From Eledone cirrhosa (Eukaryota), in NCBI GenBank assembly GCA_964016885.1, contig OZ024746.1, positions 53,258,001 to 53,322,000 of the forward strand: a stretch of 64,000 bases of DNA. The letters run 5' to 3'. This document shows positions 1 to 14,170 of this stretch, piece by piece. The translations under genes were made by a program, and so were the position numbers. Within the stretch, counting starts at the first letter, position 1, and each line of letters begins with the position of its first letter. Below the pieces are notes generated by a model. The model worked only from the letters and a program-made list of their open reading frames with translations, made no database searches and was not told the DNA's origin.

Positions 1-102
<102 letters not shown>

Positions 103-208
103 AAGAAAGTAATTTAAGATGATAGTAATTGTGAAAAGGGATTAAAAAAGTAAAGGAATAAAATGCTTATAATGTAACATAAAAATTGAAATGTTGAGAT
201 AATAGGCA

Positions 209-291
<83 letters not shown>

Positions 292-392
292 GTGCCTATT
301 ATCTCAACATTTCAATTTTTATGTTACATTATAAGCATTTTATTCCTTCACTTTTTTAATCACTTTTCACAATTACTATCATCTTAAATTAC

Positions 393-427
<35 letters not shown>

Positions 428-544
428 GTATGTATATATGTGTGTGTATATACATGTACATATGAATAAATATATATATGTATATGAGACACACACACAC
501 ACACATATATATATGCACTTATATGTGCATATTAAAAAGGTAAA

Positions 545-836
545 GACCCACTTTGGTCATTACTGAGCATGGGCTTTGTACCTAGAATGTTTCCATTTGA
601 GAGACAAGAGTGGGCAATGTGGTTCGTGGAAGACCAGCAGCCACCTATGTATACCAGTTTCCCCTCTTCTCCCCACCGATGCCATCCAAGGGAAAGTCTT
701 ACAGCTTGGAAACAGTGCTGTTGCAACTCATTTCTACAGCTGAGCAAACTGGAGCAATGTGAAATACATTTTGTTCAAAAACACAATGCACTGCATGGTC
801 TGAGAATTGAACTCACAACCTCTAAGCCACATGCCA
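545..836 (-). mobile_element. tRNA-derived SINE (CORE-like domain, tail type 2)
   Basis: Shares its head and central part with the other SINE copies, and its 3' part with 52577-52907 and 47750-48030. Confidence 0.7.
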
Positions 837-1523
837 TCATATATATATATATTCACATATATACCTATATTTATGCCCTTACATTATTTGTCAAATTTTC
901 AGTCAGGTTTGATTCCAATACAATAATGATAATAATAATAATAATGATAATAATAAAAATAAATGACACACCAATGTTCATTTTATTATATTTACAACCT
1001 GATGCGATATATGTCATATGATGGATGAAGTTGAAATTGATGAAAGCCACAGCATGCATAACTTCATGACAATGTCTTAACAACTGATTTGGGGGGCATT
1101 TCAATAAAAGGGCAAAAAAAAAGTCGATAATTTGTTTGAAATAAAAGCAAATTGTTAGGTTTCTCATACATGACACCCTTTTTTTTTAAATTATTGGTGG
1201 GGCTTTGGGAGTCTTTTGTCCATGAGGGTCCACTTCAGATTGCCACTTTTGACACCAAACAATGAATATGACGGAAATGGAGCCAATTTTTATAAGGGAC
1301 CGTTTATGTATGGGTGTTATGTATGTATATATATATATATATACATATATATGTGTGAGTATGTATGTGAATGTATTGTGGTTACATATGCATGTATTCA
1401 CACACAAATATATTTATATAAAGAAAGACACCAGCCTGATCTCATAGTGGCACCATACATACAATGCACCCTTGAAAACACATACATACACATTTAAAAA
1501 AAACTTTTCCTGTCATTTTTCCT

Positions 1524-1579
<56 letters not shown>

Positions 1580-1649
1580 TGTATATGTATGTATGTATGT
1601 ATGTATATAGCTTTGTTCATTTTAAATATTCTTGGTTCTTTGCTGATAC

Positions 1650-1699
<50 letters not shown>

Positions 1700-1878
1700 G
1701 TGTATACACAAATATATACACACATATATACATGTATATATGCCTATATCTGTATGTGTGTGAGTGTGTGTGTATGTGTGTGTGTGTATATGTATAATTA
1801 TTATTCTATGATTTAAATTATATTAAAATCCTAGGGGTGCCTCTGGATACCAACAGGCTAATTGTAATTGCTCCATAC

Positions 1879-1959
1879 CTGGATAGTAATACCCAGCGGG
1901 GCTTATCGCTGGGAAGCCGCGACCATAGGCGTAGCTAGGAAATCCAGTCGGGAAAAAAC
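1879..1959 (-). CDS. MSI: Musashi exon (G/Y/P-rich C-terminal region)
   Basis: 81 nt, symmetric phase 1-1. Translates (G)FFPTGFPSYAYGRGFPAISPAGYYYP+G. Acceptor tttttgcAG and donor GTATGG. Resembles the YGRGYPG segment of vertebrate Musashi and is in frame with the 17336 exon. Confidence 0.88.
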
Positions 1960-4900
1960 CTGCAAAAAACCAAACAAACAAATATGCGTCATTATAACAA
2001 TGATAACGATGATACTGATTTTTATATGTAGCATTGGAAGGCATGAAGCTGAGTGGTAAGGATGCTGGGCTCAATAGCTTCATGAATTCAATTAATAACA
2101 AAATAGTGAGTTGACTGTCAACTAGACAGTTAATTTAACCCTTTAGCATTTAAACAGTCTTTATCTTGCCAGAATTCTCTCACCTCTTTCTGTTCAAACC
2201 AGCAATAACTGGCTGCTCATACTATGTTAACCCTTTAGTATTTAAACCGGTCATATCCAAACAGAAATCTCTCACCTCTTTCTGAACTGGTTAGCCGCAG
2301 GTGTGAGCCTCACGAGATGGAATGGCTCTTCCAGCACATCTCCCTTACCATCCTCTGGGGAAATGCCTTCATAATACAGAGATGGGATGGCACGACAGTG
2401 GGAGTTTGGCTCTTCCGTGTTCAGAAACATTTATCAGACTGTAGGTTTTATCTACTTGCTATGCATATTTTATTAGAAGAATTTTTGTCATTTGAACCCA
2501 TTGTAAAGAGATAAGAATTCTACTAATGATGATGATAACGGTTTCCAACAGAGAAATGCAGGGGCCAGGCAAATTCTTTTGGTGGTGGGTATTATGTCGA
2601 CACTAATATTTTATTTTAATGACTCAAGAAGGATGAAAGTCAAAGTTGACCTTGGTAGAACTTGAACTCAGAATGTAAAGGTCTGTAGCTAAATGTCACA
2701 CAACATTTAGTCCAACACTAACGACTGTGCCAATCCACACCATACATGATGCTAAGGTCACCACTGCAGTTATTAAATATCAATTCGTTCCTCTGACTTT
2801 GTTTGGTTTCAGAGAGTTTTGGCTACTCTAACAGGGTCTACCTATGCTAAACAACAATCCTTAGCAGTTTCGTTACCATATTCCTTTCAATTTTGAAAAT
2901 GTTTAAGAATCTGAAAATATTGAGTTAAATATCAATTTTTCTCATTATTTTAACTGGAGTTTTAAAACGTAACTTCTTATAAATTAAACAACAAATATCA
3001 AGGGAGAAAACTATTCATATAAAACTAACAGCGATAACTCTAACAAACTGCAGAGAAATATCTCTTGTATGTAGATAGAGCTACAATACCCTAATTTTAA
3101 AGGAGATAATTTGTCCCAGATGCCGAAAATAAGTACTGCCCCCCCCCCTCCTTTTCAGACCGTGCTGTTTTGTCGAACTATATGATAATTCACTAGAATA
3201 GTACGAAGTCGCAAACGCCATTTTTCTAATAATAAATAAAGGATAAAGATCCCATAACTCCTTGTTAAGTCGTAAAGGCACCGTCATACACCGTGTCTGG
3301 GGCACTTTTAAACATGGCGGAGCCCAACCCTCTGAAGATCTGAACACAGCCGATTTTTTTCTATAGAGGAAAAATTGACCCTAGTACTTAGACTGGTATT
3401 TTTTTTATCCACCTCGAAAGGATGAAAGGCAAATATGACCTCGGCAGGTTTTGAACTCAGAGCGTTCAATAAGGTGGGACGAATGTCGTAAAGCATTATG
3501 TCCGACATCTTAGTGACTGACAATTCACCGCTCTATTATAATAATATGAAGGTGCAAGTATTTAAAATGATATATATTGCTAAGTGGTATAACCATTAAA
3601 CGTGAATTAACTAAACTTGGTAGGTCGTGGGAAATTCAAATTTCCGAAAATCCATAATTACATTTGGACATAAAGATATCGGATCATCCGTTGCATGGAG
3701 GAAAATCTATGCATAATGTATATGAGATATCATATACTTAAGGTAACTTACATAGACCGATATTTCTAATGTAAAAATAACCTATAAAATCAAATAATTT
3801 CAATCTCAAGGTAAATAATTTTTAGACCGGTGGTTCTCAACCTTTCCTCAGCTACACTTATTTAATCTTTTCGATAACAGCCAGCCACTGGTTGTACTAA
3901 GCTACTTACTAAACTAAAAAGTTTTTGTATTTATCTAAAAATCTTCCCGTCACAATTTTATGTAAAAACCTTTGTAAATTTCCTTATTGGATACCAGCGT
4001 AACTCTTCCAAATTCTTGATTATTTTCAAAATTATTGTAAAAAAAAAAAGCAAAGTTTTCATTAAAATATGGTAATAAAATGGTTAAATGAATTTTCGCA
4101 CGGACGCCAGGCATTTTCCCACTACCCCTCCCATATTGCTAACATAGCCAGAAATAACAATCTAAATTTAAAAAAAATTATACTTTGTGACGAATGCATG
4201 ACCAAAAGTCTGTGTACCATATTTTTTTTAATCGAAGCACTAACATTTTGAATTTAGCGCATGATAGCCTTCAGAAGAAGGCATACTCAATAGTGGATGC
4301 GTATATTATAATTTTATTAACGCAGTTCATTTTGGGGGCGATGTTAAAGGTGACTAACTACATTTTGGTGCAATTTTAACTCAGAATGTAACCACATACA
4401 TGTAACTTACTTACACTGCACAGAAAATTGTAAATGATTTAAGTATGAAGTGTTTAAGGAAGGGAGATTACTTTCCTCAGGGGAGATAACGTGAGAAGAA
4501 TTCATAGAGAAAATATTACAACGTTGAGAGCTTGGATAATTCAATTAACAGAAAAGCTTGCTCGACAAATCAACGTGCAAGTGACTGAGCATCCCACAGG
4601 CAAATATACCTTTAATTCTCAGGATAATTCAGTGGGATAGTTGGCAAAAAGAATGACCTTTTCATTTACCAGTACAGTCCATGGGTTTCTAATTTCACAC
4701 ATAAAAATTGTGTTTTAAAGCTCACACATGCAAGTGTGCGCGCGCATGCATATATATATATATATATATATATATTTATTATTTTAGTTATTGCTCGCAC
4801 TGATTTTGAGGTATCTGGTCTTTAATGCGAAGAAATATCGATGATAGTCAGAAGATCACTGATGATGGACAGTCCCGATTCTCGCTCTATTTTTCATTCA

Positions 4901-5387
4901 TATATATATATAGGAAAAGTAATTGACAACATCAAGGAGTGCAGTTATATATATATATAATGTGCACACACATGCATGTGTGAGCTTTAAAACACAATTA
5001 TATATATATATATATAATATCGGGATTAGCACTTTCTAGATGCAATACCACACATATTAATGAAACATATGTAAATGGTATGCAATGAATCCCGATCTTG
5101 TACAGTCAACGGTGTATTCATGTAACTCATTATCTAATTGTAATTACTCCATGGATTATTGATTGTGGAACCGTCTAAGCATCACCCTAGGAACAACTTC
5201 AAGCAGTAACCCATATGTTATGCGAGTTAGAAACAACTATGTTGAGACAGTTCTCGAATCACGTTACTCAGACTCAAACTCGAGTAACAGAAACCAATTA
5301 ATAGTATACCTATATGTATATTATCTAAAGACATATTTTCCAGTTCCATCCCGCCTGTCCCCTCAATCTATTTTATTTCTCATTCGT

Positions 5388-5423
5388 TCTTCTGATGAAA
5401 GACTAGCGTCCGAAACGTTAAGA
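5388..5423 (+). ncRNA. Minimal type I hammerhead ribozyme motif (Penelope-type)
   Basis: TCTT-CTGATGA-AA-GAC-TAGC-GTC-C-GAAA-CG-TT-AAGA. Stem I TCTT/AAGA and self-complementary stem III (AACGTT). Lies in a ~200-bp repeat (5340-5540) also present at 24865-25035. Confidence 0.7.
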
Positions 5424-5627
5424 CCCTCTTCCTGCTATATCAAGCGTTTACCTAATATATACCTTCCATATACTGTACCGATTGTGTTGTTATTTCTGTT
5501 TACCTTTTACATTATATATATATTCCAATTAACAAACTAATTTTATTTATTCAAATAAGCACCTATTTTCAAACTTCGCTTGCTATTTTTAAACAAACCG
5601 TGCTTTGTCTATATATATATATATATA

Positions 5628-5813
5628 TGTTTCTACTTTAGGCACAAGGCCAGCAATTACCCAGTACATTACTGGTACTTTATTTTATCGACCCCATAAG
5701 GATGAAAGACAAAGTTAACCTCGGCGGGATTTGAACTCAGACTGTAAAGAGACATAACTATGCTAGAAAGCATGGCGTCCGACCCTCTACCGATACTGCC
5801 AATTCACTGCCCT
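5628..5813 (-). mobile_element. SINE with Meta-domain-like core (GCCTTTCATCCTTACGGGGTCGATAAAATAAAGTACC)
   Basis: ~190-bp family with many copies in the window. tRNA-like head with B-box GAGTTCAAATCC. Confidence 0.75.
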
Positions 5814-6503
5814 GTATATATATATATATATATATATATAATCATCATCATCATCATCATTTTACGTCTGCATTTCCCTGCTTGCATATAATGTATGTAT
5901 ATATATATTGGTGCTACTAGTAACATGTATCCCAGTACAACCTGTCTCATGGTCGGGTCGTTGGCGACTAAACTGGCAACCCCACCAAGGTTTCTTGGTG
6001 AGGAGGGTGACTTTGGACATCCTGCAGGACTAAAAACAAAACCTGTCAAAGGGCAAAGGAGCTCATAAGTGTCAATGGCCATCCAAAATCACCGGGAGAG
6101 ATGACCCCTTAGCCTTTGTCAAGGCAGAATTCTAGGAGAAGGAAAACTCTGATATAACACCTGCAACCCTGATGGTATCCAATGATGTTGACTTGTTCTT
6201 CTTTTTGGTAAATATCATCTTGGTTAAGAGAGTGGGACTGGCTTTGTGCAGTGCCTTTGCTCACTATAAAAGCTTCACAGCACAGGCATTACTTTATATC
6301 TGGAGATCTTTCTGCACTTGTCACATGGTACCATGGGCCCAGACCTATATGTCAATAATTGTCACAAGTGTAGTGTTTGTACCTGAGTTTTCAAGTCGCT
6401 GGCTGGACTAAAATGTCACACTTGTTCAGCGCATCAGTAGGGGTTCTCCTACATGGATATGGATATAAAGTAGTGGCCGTACTCGAAAACGAGTTGGCAG
6501 CCA

Positions 6504-6565
<62 letters not shown>

Positions 6566-6570
<5 letters not shown>

Positions 6571-6773
6571 AACGAGTAGGACGCCGACGGCTGAGCTCGA
6601 GCCGTTTTGACGGCTAATTCTGGACTAAAATGATTTTAGTCCAGAATTAGCTGTCGAAACGGCTTGAGCTCAGCCGTCGGGGTCCTACTCGTTCCTATTA
6701 CCCACTCTACTACCCTAAGTATTGAGTACTTTGGTGCGTTATGGTCCATCTGGTTCCTTACCACATTTCCTTC

Positions 6774-6776
<3 letters not shown>
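6566..6776 (+). mobile_element. (TA)n-embedded palindromic element with a 5'-truncated hammerhead
   Basis: 66-bp inverted arms (6566-6698, axis G6632, 4 mismatches). The long arm has GAAA-CGGCT-loop-AGCCG-TC (stem III plus GUC site). (TA)n on both sides. Confidence 0.6.
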
Positions 6777-6822
<46 letters not shown>

Positions 6823-7502
6823 TTGAGTTTGCAAAAGGAAAAAATGTTCAATACCAAAGCAGAGAATATTATAATATTATATCATTCTCTGTCTCTAATA
6901 TGAACAACGGAGAGTAAACTTGGTGACATATACATATATATATAATAATAATAATAATAGTAAACTTGATAGATATTCTCATGAACATGATAGAATCTCC
7001 AAATCAAGCTAACAGCATTGCAGCTTCAGTGATTCCTATGAAGAATAAATACACATCTACTTCTATTCGGGGGCTATTTCCTTCATCATGACATTTGTCC
7101 AAGTAATTATATTCTCTCACACATATATCTGGGTATACAATTAGTAAAGAGATAAAAAAAAAAAAGGTAAATAAGTGTATATAGAGATAGTAATCGGTTA
7201 AAAAGTGGAGAAAGTAAAATATAAATTTGATAGTAATAATAACAACATTAATAACTTCTATCATTGATTATATAAGAAATGATAGCTGTGATATGGTGAT
7301 ATGATGGAGCAGGAGTAATAGTAGGAGGAACAATAGCAGTAGGAGAACTGTGCAGTAAACTTACAGAATTCAGGCATGATTAGATCACTTGGGACATCCC
7401 ACACAACGTCACCATCTGTTGTCACTACAGCAGGAGTAGAAAAAAAGAAGGTGGTTGGTCGTTTTTAGTCAGCCAGTGGCAGCAGTAGCAGAACACACAT
7501 TC

Positions 7503-7933
7503 TATATATATATACATATATATATATATATACATATATATGTATATATATACACATATATATGTATATATACATACATATATATATATACATACATACA
7601 TATATATATATACATACATGCACACACATATATATACATATATATGTATATATACATACATACATATACATACATATATATGTATATATACATACATGCA
7701 CACATATATATACATATATATGTATATATACATACATACATACATATATATACATATATATGTATATATACATACATACATACATACACATACATATATA
7801 TGTATATATACATACATACACATACATATATATATATATACATACACATATAGATACATATATATGTATATATACATACATACATACACATATATGTATA
7901 TATACATATATATACATATACATATATATATAT

Positions 7934-7983
<50 letters not shown>

Positions 7984-8000
7984 ATGTATGTATATATATA
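7503..8000. repeat. Compound TA/CA microsatellite with ~38-bp periodicity
   Basis: Repeating CATATATATGTATATATACATACA units. Confidence 0.9.
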
Positions 8001-8813
8001 GGGTATCTCCACAAAATGTATACACACTTTGATTACCTGTACAGGCAATATTTATTAGAATGCTGTGGAAGTGTGTAAACATTTTTTGGGGGACATCCTG
8101 TGTGTGTATATATGTATATATATATATATATGTTTATATATATATATGTATATACATACATATACACACAGATACATATATATGCTTATATGTGATATGT
8201 GTGTACATATATACATATATATACACACACTCTTATACCTATAACAGGCAAACCAGAATTTGGGCACCATAGGAATAATGAAACTATTTGTATGTTTTAT
8301 TTCAAGGAATTCAGAGAAAAAATATTCCTTTAATATCTTAATATCCTATCTATAGTGCAGGAAACTGCATTAGCAAAGTATTAAACAACACTAAATCTTA
8401 ATCATATCAATTGAAGTCTATACTCTAATATTGCAAATTTTCAATGATCTGTCTACTAGTGAAGACACTATAAACATTTGATAAACAGATCCATTCTTAA
8501 GTATATTACCTCCTGTAATGATTTTTGAAATCATTACAGGAGGTAAAATATTACGTTTCTTTTTTATTAACATATTTCTAGTGAAGTAAGATAACATGTA
8601 AGGATTAGATAACTAAAATTTAGGTCTAATAATAAAACATTACTTTTATTGTTTTTACATTTAACTATATTCCTATGGTGTGTGATGTCTGATTTACCCT
8701 GTACATATACATCACTTATTACATGCAAATATATATCTACAAACAAACATGCACATGTATTAAAAAATATATATATTTCTTCATAACCAAGTGAATGTTT
8801 CTTATTTACTATG

Positions 8814-9146
8814 TAGTGACCTACATTCCGAGGGCTCATGGATACATTCTCCGTGCGGTGCGTTGTTTGGCTCAGTTCAGCCAATCGCTACCAGCGTAGG
8901 AAAATGTATCTCGACTTCTGCCCAGAGGGAAAAATTCCCGCAGCAAAATCGAAACTCTTGCAGCTTGACACCGTGAAGGTAAACATCTCTTACTTTCCTT
9001 CCTTCAAGCATAGACAATATTTCACAACAAATATCACTACAGGTCTGGCTAACGCCTCAGCCAGTTGATGCTGGTAGCGATTGGCTGAACTGAGCCAAAC
9101 AACACACAGAGAATGTATCCATGAGCTCTCGGAATGTAGGTCACTA
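8814..9146. mobile_element. MITE with ~80-bp terminal inverted repeats
   Basis: TAGTGACCTACATTCCGAG...GCTACCAGC (8814-8895) is inverted at 9070-9146. TA at both ends. Confidence 0.75.
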
Positions 9147-9258
9147 TGTACAATCACATCGTGGAAGAGACATGTAAACTGTTATTAACTACACCTATGC
9201 AGAGATGATAGATTCATCACTAACAAGAGTATAGTATATAACAGCATATATATGTAGA

Positions 9259-9294
<36 letters not shown>

Positions 9295-9491
9295 CTATCA
9301 TCATAAATCTTCCATGATATCATTGGTCCAGCTTCAATGCAACACCTCAGGTTTAAACATATTCACATCTACATGCATGTGCACACACATATGATGATGA
9401 GGGTGGTGGTATATATTTTTAGATATATGGGCAAGTGTGTGCATGCATGTGTATATGTATATATATATATATACACAAAATATTTATAAAC

Positions 9492-9546
<55 letters not shown>

Positions 9547-10882
9547 TTTATGTATGTATGCAAGGGTGAGTGTGTGTATGCAAGGGTGTATGTGTTTGTA
9601 TGCAAGTGTGTATATGTTTGTAAGTGTGTGTGTGCATGTGTGTGTGTATGTATATATGTATACAGCAGCAGTACATTACATGGTTTATACAATGCAGCAA
9701 CATGGGGGAATGCATATATTACAAAGGAGGGATAAAAAAAAACTGCAGCATTCACTACCACCACTACTAATAACAACAACAAATACAATAGTGCCATATA
9801 TGTAGACTAGGTTCTAAATATTTCTTTTGTTATGCTCATGTCATTTTGTTTGGAGTAGTACTATAAAGTTTCAAAGGTAGATCTTTCTAAACATCTACAT
9901 TTATATGTTTAGGTTTGACTTTGATTATGCCTGTTTCTATCTACAGGTGTTTAGGTACTAGCATATGTGTATGTAAGTGTGTATGTGTGAGTGTGTGCCT
10001 GTGTGTTCATGCCTATAATCATGACAGTATGTATTAATGCAAGACCTTGTGTGTGTCTTTGCTGGGATTTGAAGCCAGATCATAAAAAGGTGGAACAAGC
10101 ACCTTCTTCTTTGCTCACTTATTCCTGAGAGGGTCGTGGCAGCAGAATGCTCAAACACTCCTAGTGGGTCTTATCAGAAGCAACTGCCTCCAACTGATCT
10201 AGCAGGATCCCTAAGGGAGTCCAGCCAAGCTCATGGATGCTATCCAACCATCTTGCTCGGGGTCTACCACTGGGTTTCTTGCAAGTTGGTTTTGTTCATA
10301 AAATCTGTCCAGCGATTCTTTCTTGAAACATTCTAACCACATGCCTATAGTATCAGAGCTTTGATTTCTCAATTTGGAGAAGTGATGGCTTGACAGACCA
10401 CAACTCTGATCTCTCAGTGGGACAAACACCACTTGAAATAATGTCTGGTCATCTACTGGCCCTTATCAACCACCACCTAATATTGGTTGCTAACAGAAAC
10501 AATGGATTACAATGTCCAAGAAGTGTATTATCCATATAGGTATCCCTAGTATTTATTTCACTGGCCCAAGGCTCTTTGTTACATATTTCTAATAAAAGAC
10601 ACTGCATATAATCAAGAATTCATAAAGATTTTTTAAAAAAAGAAGATTTTTCTTCCTTTCATTATCACATTTCAAATGAAATACACTAGTTTAATTCATT
10701 ACTGAGGGAATTACTAATATTATGAATGATATCATTATTAAGATTGGTTTTTATATGGAAGATTTAATTTAAATAAGCACCATTTAAAATATATGGCTCT
10801 CTGACTAATAGGACCAGAGCCAGTTATGGCCAGGCTGGTAATGAAAGCGTTCACGGTATAAATTAAGTTTTTTTTATAAATA

Positions 10883-11057
10883 CAGTGAAATTCCGTTATA
10901 ACGAAATCCATGGGGTATAAAAAGAAATTTGTCGTAACGAAAAATTATTTATAACGAAATTGACCTTACACATGAGCTTGTGTCTAGGGATTGAAAAAAA
11001 ATTTGTTATACTGAAAAATTTGTTATAATGGTATTCCTTATAATGGAATTTTAACTG
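10883..11057. mobile_element. pogo/Tigger-like MITE
   Basis: TA-CAGTGAAATTCCGTTATAA...TTATAATGGAATTTTAACTG-TA with internal subterminal repeats. Confidence 0.75.
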
Positions 11058-11728
11058 TATATATACATTTCAAAATACAGTTTTGTATCATAGAACCAGG
11101 GGCAGTTTGTATCAAAAGTGTGAAAAGCAATTTTACTTTGACAGTATTACAACTCAAAATGTTAATTGAGCTAACTAAATACTGGAACACACATGAGATG
11201 TAAAAGATTACCAAGTTGATGTGTATGTAAAATAATTGATGTGATGGTAATGTGTGTGTGGTGGACAAGAAATGTTGAGTGAATAAGTTGGTAGTGAAGG
11301 ATACTGTGAGTGGTCAGAAAATTGAGAAGGAAACGGATAGAAACTGTAACAGACTTCAGGATGCTTGAAATCTCACGAATGAGATGACACAGCACCAACA
11401 ATGTTGTTATAACTCACAGATGTGTTTAGTTAGTTTCCTACAAGGTTACATCTTATAGCAAGTTCCTTGGTTGTTTTAATAGGGGCCCAGTTCGAGAATG
11501 AAATGATGGACTAGATGCCAGACTGGAGCAATGTAAAATGAAATGTCTTGCTCAAGAACACAATATGGTGTCTATTCTAGGAATCAATGCCATCTCCTTA
11601 TGGTCATGAGTCCAACACCCTAAACACTACGCAACACCTTCACCTCTGAAATCTGTTGTATTAAAGACCTATAAAACCTACACATCCTCCAGAAATTTGT
11701 TGTATTACAGACCTATGAAACCTTCACA

Positions 11729-11957
11729 TTAACCCTTTAGCATTTAAACCGGCCATATCCGGTTAGAATTCTCTCACCTCTTTCTGTTCAAACAGACTGT
11801 AACTGGCTGCTCATACTGGTGTTAAGGTATTGTTCTCAAAATAGTTAATATCAAAATCTCGTAGCTTCGATATTGTGTGAGATAATTATGTGAGGTAAAG
11901 CCTTTACCATGAAAGCATAATAGTATATATAGAGTAATGTAAATGCTAAAGGATTAA
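11729..11957 (+). mobile_element. piggyBac-type MITE (~225 bp, TTAA TSD)
   Basis: TTAA-CCCTTTAGCATTTA...TAAATGCTAAAGG(G/A)-TTAA. About 15 further copies, e.g. near 2135, 14127, 17662, 19262, 31592, 38282, 39027, 40074, 43500, 50032, 51100 and 55472. Confidence 0.85.
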
Positions 11958-12938
11958 ACTGATGTTTTAATAGAGAAGCTGATAGTAAAGAGATATCCCA
12001 GTCTTATGTTTTGTTATTCAAACCTAATGTAGCAAACTTATGATCAGAAGTGTATCAACCATGACCAGCTCATCTTTATAAGAGATGTAAGGGTCAGTAG
12101 TTCATATGTAACAAACACTTCATTGTATCATTGGCAGAGATAAAGTTTCTATAGCTAACATCACCTATGTGTACTTTAGGTACATACAAAGTATCACACT
12201 AAAGTACAAGCCCCCTAGCTGTAAATTAAGGACCATAGTTATATGCATAACTATCATCTCCGCTATTAGATCAGCCTTTACCAGGTTTCCTTGATTTAGT
12301 GCCCTTCACCTCTTTATGCAGCACACATGTCCTTCATAACATGCAGCTATACAGAAACAGTGTAGTTAAGCCAGTGCACGTCAAAGTACAGAGTATGATC
12401 TTGGGTCATACCAAGGCAATCTTTTGTACACTGCATCTCATCCCTCCTATGTACACTGAATCTGATCCCTCTGTGTCCATGAATAATACATTATGTATTC
12501 ATGTACACTACTATTACACTAATTCATTTTCAAGGTCAATTTTTAAGTGTATGGCATATAGTTGTAGATAGTTACTACACTAATGTACAGGCTACCTAGC
12601 CTAAAAAGGGTATATCAGAAAGAGAACCTGTTGTACTACCTATAGGGGACAGCTGAAGGGTTTCAGTAGTATGGGGAGTGGAGCAAAGAGGACGAGGTAA
12701 GACAGAAGAAATACAGAAAAGTTGTAAAAGAAAAGAAAAGAAAAGAAAAGAAAAGAAAACAAAAGAAAACAAAAACAACAAAGATTCAAGGCAACAACAG
12801 CAACAGCACTGCATATACTATGCAAGACAGAAGCGCATGTTTTGCAGCAGATCTACAAGGGAAAGGGTTAAGAGGTGCTGAGATGATGGGGGTAGGGAAA
12901 GAGGTTGACAGAATATTCTTTTTACTATTTATTATTAT

Positions 12939-13940
12939 TTGGATTGGCAGTATCGGTAGAGGGTCGGGCGCCATGCTTTGAAGCATAGAGTTACCTCCCT
13001 TTATGATCTGAGTTCAAATCCCGCCGAGGTTAACTTTGCCTTTCATCCTTACGGGGTCGATAAAATAAAGTACCAGTAATGCACTGGGATAATTGCTGGC
13101 CTGGTGCCAAAAGTAGAAACAATTATTATGATTAACCTCAGTGGGATTTGAACTTTATGATCTGAGTTCAAATCCCGCCGAGGTTAACTTTGCCTTTCAT
13201 CCTTACAGGGTTGATAAAATAAAGTACCACTAATGAACTGGGATAATTGCTGGCCTTGTGCCAAAAGTAGAAACAATTATTATTATTGTTATATGGCCTT
13301 GTACCTAAAGTAGAAACAATTATTGTTATTGTTAAGGTGGGGGATTAGCAGAATCTGTAGAGCATCAAGCAAAATGCCTTGTAGTATTTGTTCTGGCTCT
13401 TTAAGTTCTGAGTTCAAATCCTGCCAAAGTCAACTTTCATTCTTCTGGCTTGACTTAATGATCACTAGTCAAGAACTGAGATTGATATAATCGACATTCC
13501 CCACTCTCCCAAATTGCTGGCCTTGTGCCTAAATTAGAAACTTTATATAAGTTTTTCTAGATCCCCAGGTATAGTCCTTGTTTATAAACATTGTTTTATA
13601 TGTGCAAAGCCTTCATGTTAATAAATAAATGATAAACAATTTTGCCTTTCATCCTTCTGAGGTCACTAAAACAAAGTACCAAACATCTACCCCTAAAACT
13701 GTTGGTCCAGTGTCTAGATTACAAACCACCACAATTATTATTGGAGTGACAGAATCAGTAGAATGTCGGACATCATGCTTTGCAGCATAGAGTTACGGCC
13801 CTTTGGTTTCTGAGTTCGAATCCTGCCAAGTTTAGCTTTGCCTTTCATCCTTATAGGGGTTGATAAAATAAAGCACCAGAAATGCACTGGGGTCGATTTA
13901 ATCGACTTTCCCCTCCCCTAAAATTGTTGGCCTTGTGCTT
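12939..13940 (+). mobile_element. Cluster of Meta-like SINE copies
   Basis: Four to five full or partial copies of the 5628-5813 family. Confidence 0.75.
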
Positions 13941-14170
13941 ATGGATGAATTGCTTTGAAATACTTGTTCTACCCCCTTTAAATTCTATCTTTAAATCACT
14001 GTTGTAAATTTTGCCTTTCTTTTACACCTTTCTCTCCAACCCAAATGCCTGACATTCTGCCCAAATTGAAACCATTATGTCACTGTTATTGAGACAACAG
14101 TGCCTTGTGTTGTCAGTTACACTTCTTTAACTCTTTAGCATTTAAACTGGCTGCATCCGGCCAGAATTCT

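Noticed and set aside
7425-8272. YI/CV/HT-rich ORFs here and at 1.2-1.8, 25-28 and 41 kb
   Set aside because: Microsatellite translations with no coding signal.
11160-11420. Possible decayed LINE coding remnants (also near 10.0-10.5, 21.0-21.3 and 56.45-56.8 kb)
   Set aside because: No recognisable RT motifs in an open frame; needs translated searches against repeat libraries.
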